A stretch of DNA of 64,000 bases, from positions 3,136,001 to 3,200,000 of the forward strand of contig OZ242374.1 of assembly GCA_965209055.1 (NCBI GenBank). The letters run 5' to 3'. Source of the stretch: Acidobacteriota bacterium (GTDB lineage: Bacteria; Acidobacteriota; UBA6911; RPQK01; JAJDTT01). Of this stretch, positions 60,116 through 64,000 are shown one piece after another. The position numbers and the translations under genes are program-made. How positions within the stretch are numbered: the stretch's first letter is position 1; each line of letters starts with the position of its first letter. A model generated the notes under the pieces. It was not told the DNA's origin. It worked only from the letters and a program-made list of their open reading frames with translations, and did no database searches.

Positions 60116-63100
60116 TCATGAGACCGTCTCCCCAGCCAGCACTTCCCAGAGGCGCTTGTATCCGTCCCCTGAGAGAGCAGCGCTGTCCGGGCGGGCGTGG
60201 TGCACTGAGGTTCTTCAGGAACTCACGCGCTTGGACAACGGAGTACCGGCCATCATTCTCGCCGACTGTCTCGCGGTACAGCTTGCCAAGATTCTCTGCG
60301 ACGCTGCGAGGCGCGGCATTCATACGCATCAGAACCGCGTCTTCCGTCCGGACGCCGTGGTAGATCATTGCCGGAAGCGCATTGATCCTGTGGACCTCGG
60401 CTTCGGACAGCCTATCGAAGTCGAGATCGGAAACGTGGCTCAATGCGGCAATGCCCCAAGTTCCGCAATTGACAATAGTCCGGTAGATCGCTCGGCAGGC
60501 ATCCGTGATTGCCCGGGTTCCACCCTCGTCGTCATCTTCCCGGCTGAAATACTCCTGGGCGATGGCGTCAATTGCCTTGCCGTTTACCCAATCGCGTGTG
60601 ATTTCGGAAATGCGCATTTGGCCACGACCGTCGCCGTGAATCTCTTCGAGTTGCCGCTTCAGTTGCGGCACGTTCAACATCACTCCGTACAAGTCGGCGA
60701 TCCTGCCGCCCTCGCCGAAAAGGCTCTCCGGAGCCCAATCCGAGGGCGTGAGCCGAGTCTCGAGATTGCGCAGTTCCATCATCGCTCTTGAAACGCCTTC
60801 CGGGGAGAATCCCGTCGAGTCCGCAAGCTCGGCGACGCCGCCGGGCATGTCGGCAAGCCTGCGGGCATAGGCGCGCGTCGCGTCCAGCAACGCGTCGGCC
60901 TTATGCCGTTGCGAAGGGTCGTTTCGCAGCGACGTATACCCGAAGGTCTGCCGAAGAAGTTGTTCGGAGTCCGACAGCACGGCGTCCAAGTTCTTCTTTT
61001 CCGCCCACAGATGGGCAACATAGCAGCGGAAGTCCTCCCATTGATCCTGCCACAGCACGTCGGAGAGGCTTGCCAGTTCGCCTTGTGCGGCAAGTTCGTT
61101 CAATTGCGACACCAGACGGGAGACAAGCGCGCCCGTGCTGCGGCTCACGAACTCGACGACGGAATTCGGGTCAGAACCCTCCGCAAGGCCGATTACACCC
61201 ACGCTGTCATGGCCAATCCGGCCCGCGCGACCGGCAAGATTCCAGAATTCGCGCGGCGACATTTCCACTCCATAGGGATACTTGTGCGATTGCAGAAAAA
61301 CGGAGGCAACCGGGAAGTTGATGCCCTGCGCGATGGTGGTGGTCGCACATAGGATCCTAAGGGTTCCCGTCTCGGCGAGCCATTCCATCAGGGCCCGCGC
61401 ATCGTCGGACAAGCCGGCATGATGGACGCCCACCCCCTTCTCCAGGGTCGCGACAAGCTGGAAGGTCGAGCCGACCTCGGTGCGCAGGAAGTCCTGAACA
61501 TGCCGGATAGCCTGCGGCACCGGTTCGAGATCCGGCAGGCTTTGCGCGGCCTCTGCCGCCATTTTCCACACATTGGGAATGTTGTTTGCGACAGCGATAC
61601 TTGTGCCGCGGGCAGACATGACTGTCGCCATTGCCGCCGTCTGGAGACCCAAGCCGTTTTGTCGACCACTGGTGATGACGCGGCTTTTGGGAACGTTGAC
61701 GGGCCTCACCCCGCCAACGCGGTGAGTGCCACCAAGCGCCATGGCCTTTGGAGTCGCGGTCAAGGTCTCGAAACGGAGATGCCAGCCGGCGCGCTGGCTG
61801 TCGTCTGGAGAAGCCCCATAGAGCCCGACGATCCGTTCGTTGGGTTTCCAAGGGACGGTGCCGAGGCTGATGGACCGGCCCGCACTGACATCCTGCGCCA
61901 GCCACCGTGCAACCGATTCGGCACCCTCGACATAGGGCATGAGAAGCAGGAAGTTGGCCCGCGGACAATCCAATTTCACCGTGGCGAGCAACAGCTCGAT
62001 TCGCAGTCCCCGGTCTTTGGTTTCAAGGTTATGGGCCTCATCCATGACCACGAGGGCCAGCGGTCGCTGCTCAACCTTCTTGTTGCGGATCAGGAGGGAC
62101 AATTTCTCGGGTGTGGCCACGAGAATGTGGAAGGGCTGATGCGTTCCCGTCAGCAACTCTTCCTCGAAGGCATCCACCTCGACCGCCGCTGTTAGTTGTT
62201 CGACCCGTAGGCCAATGGGATCGAAGTCCGTTCTCAGCCCCCGGGTGATCTGTGCGCACAGGGCCCGCGTCGGCGCCACATAGGCAACCCAGCCCTTGTC
62301 AGCGTCGAACTGGTTCAGCGCCTGCAGGATGCGGAACTGCGCAAGCAGTGTTTTCCCGCCCGAGGTCGGCAAGTCGATCACGATCGCGGTCTTGGCCTGA
62401 TCGAGGAGTCCCTGTTCCAAGAGCGCCGCGCGCTGCGGCGGAAGAAGTTCGAACGTCGCCCGATGTTCGCGATGGGTGAGGGAGCGGACAAAGTGCGTCG
62501 TCCGTGAATTGACGGCGCGGGTTGCCCACCACAGGGAGTTGGTGACCATAATCCGCGCGGTTGCATGCATCCAGCGGAGGATCAATTCATGCTGCGCATC
62601 GCCTGACGCCTTCGCCGCTCGGATGGCGCCGTCATAGTGCTTGTCGAGCGAGCCAAACGGGTTGGCCGGCTGCCCTTGCAGCATGTAACTGGCCAGGATC
62701 TCCGTACCTCTTGCCCAGTGATAAAGTGCCGCGAGCCGCAGGGCGATTGCCCTGTCCTCTGCGGCCGAGCCGTTCTGGAGACGACCCTTCTCAAAGCGCT
62801 TTTGATCCTCACGCAGTCCGGCGATGATCTCCCTGATCCGGTCAAGATCGTCCCACCCGCGCTTGCGAAACAATCGGACCCAGCAGTGAAAAAGTCGATA
62901 TAGCAGACGGCGGTCCCACGGCGTCCCGGCGACGCTCGGAGGCTTGAGGGCCTGTTCATTCTCCTTGTACCAGCGGCGAAGGTCGGACCAGCGGTCTCCG
63001 CAATAGGCGACGGCGGAAAGCTGTAGCACAAAATACAGGCGATCGTGTCTCTCAACTGGAACCGGCAGCAAACGGCGGATGTCGAACGCACGGAAAGACG

Positions 63101-63380
63101 CGGCGGTCGCTTGATCGCGCAGTTCCATGTCCTCGCCGGAAGGTCGACTCAGTTCCTCCAGCCCTTCGATCGCAGCCATCTCGAACGCGAGCGCAACCCG
63201 TTCCAGCAAGGTGTCACGGTCCTCGCTCCACGAAAACGAAAAGGCGATCTGTCCGCCAACAGCCCGATGAGCGAGGCGTTCGTTCACGAGCCTTTCAGCA
63301 CGCGCCAAATCAGCTTCGCCGATTGCGTTCACTGCCCAGTGACTTCGGAGCGCGTCGAGGGCCTGTTTGGACAGACTCAT
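60116..63380 (-). CDS. Ski2-like DEAH helicase (HamB-like), frameshifted near C-terminus
   Basis: LPTSGGKT, TPEK, DEAH, HHAGL, TTTIAQGIN, NLAGRAGR; natural-looking end ...LSGDGYKRLWEVLAGETVS* lies in another frame after ~60200. Confidence 0.85.
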
Positions 63381-64000
63381 GACACCGATCCCGCCCTAGC
63401 CGCGATAGCCGCGTCGCCGATCCCTTCAAGGCGACCGGCCGGTAGGTACAAAGCAATTAGTTCGATCCTCATGCCATCGGGGCAGCCCTTGCCGAGACTT
63501 TCCACCCGCACTCTCACATCGTCCTTGTGTGGCGAGACGTCCCGGACGAGAAATCCGAACAGCCGCACGTCGGACTTGTTGACCAGATAGCGTTTTCCCG
63601 CCCGTCGGAAACTTTGCAGCCAGACGGCCCCCTTGGCGCGATAGCCGAGGTACTTGAAGAGGTCGTCCCGTATGGAGGTAATGTCGTGGAGATCTTCAAG
63701 CTGCTGTTTGAGACCCGTGCGACCATACATCGCTACCGGCGGATACCTGTCTTATGAGGATGTCTTGACTTCGCCGAAAGCCAGACAATCACCCTGGTCA
63801 TCGGCGTGCAGACCAACGAAATCAGCTCCCGGAAGGCTGGAACCGGGCTTTCGCTCGTCGCGTCCGTCGGGCCACGGGAAGCGGCAGTCACGGTGATCGG
63901 TCAACCAGGTCTCGGCGATTGCCTCTCCCACCCGCCAGTCCTCGATTCGCTCCGGTTCGGCAAGAACTCGGCGCAGGCCATCCTGCTCGAATGCGGTGTC
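63377..64000 (-). pseudogene. PD-(D/E)xK nuclease (HamA-like) with internal TAA at 63752-63754; 5' end beyond window
   Basis: WRVGEAIAE...LPGADFVG...AFGEVKTSS*DRYPP; ATGA-coupled to the helicase. Confidence 0.75.

Overview
High-GC bacterial chromosome segment, most likely Acidobacteriota (inferred from a TIGR03435-like protein, DUF1549/DUF1553/DUF1501 pairs and a TonB receptor with an N-terminal carboxypeptidase-regulatory-like domain). Three zones. (1) 5043-30115: a ~25 kb mosaic island with a tyrosine integrase at its left end. Excising it at a shared 7-bp core (TTGGAAA) rebuilds a perfect 16-bp hairpin of the same GGAG-footed REP architecture seen elsewhere in the window, next to a RAYT transposase. 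Inside are a nonsense-broken P4-type integrase, 4-5 copies of a ~300-bp hairpin module, a DUF262/HNH defence gene, IS1634, IS5, an IS66-like MITE, and an ECF-like sigma factor with four copies of a candidate cognate promoter (CCGACA-N14-MCGGTA-KGTAT). (2) 30136-57074: host genes (rfbD, dcyD, leuB, tRNA-Arg(TCG), DUF1501/DUF1553 genes, CDF, ZIP-like and Nramp-like transporters, vapBC, AAA+ ATPase, glycoside-hydrolase-like proteins, and a TonB receptor with a ~320-aa His/Asp/Glu insertion). (3) 57100-64000: a decaying defence/TA region (hsdM tail, hicB with a hicA stub, two higA copies, and a Hachiman-like nuclease + Ski2 helicase pair, both damaged). All calls come from reading motifs by eye; no database searches were run.
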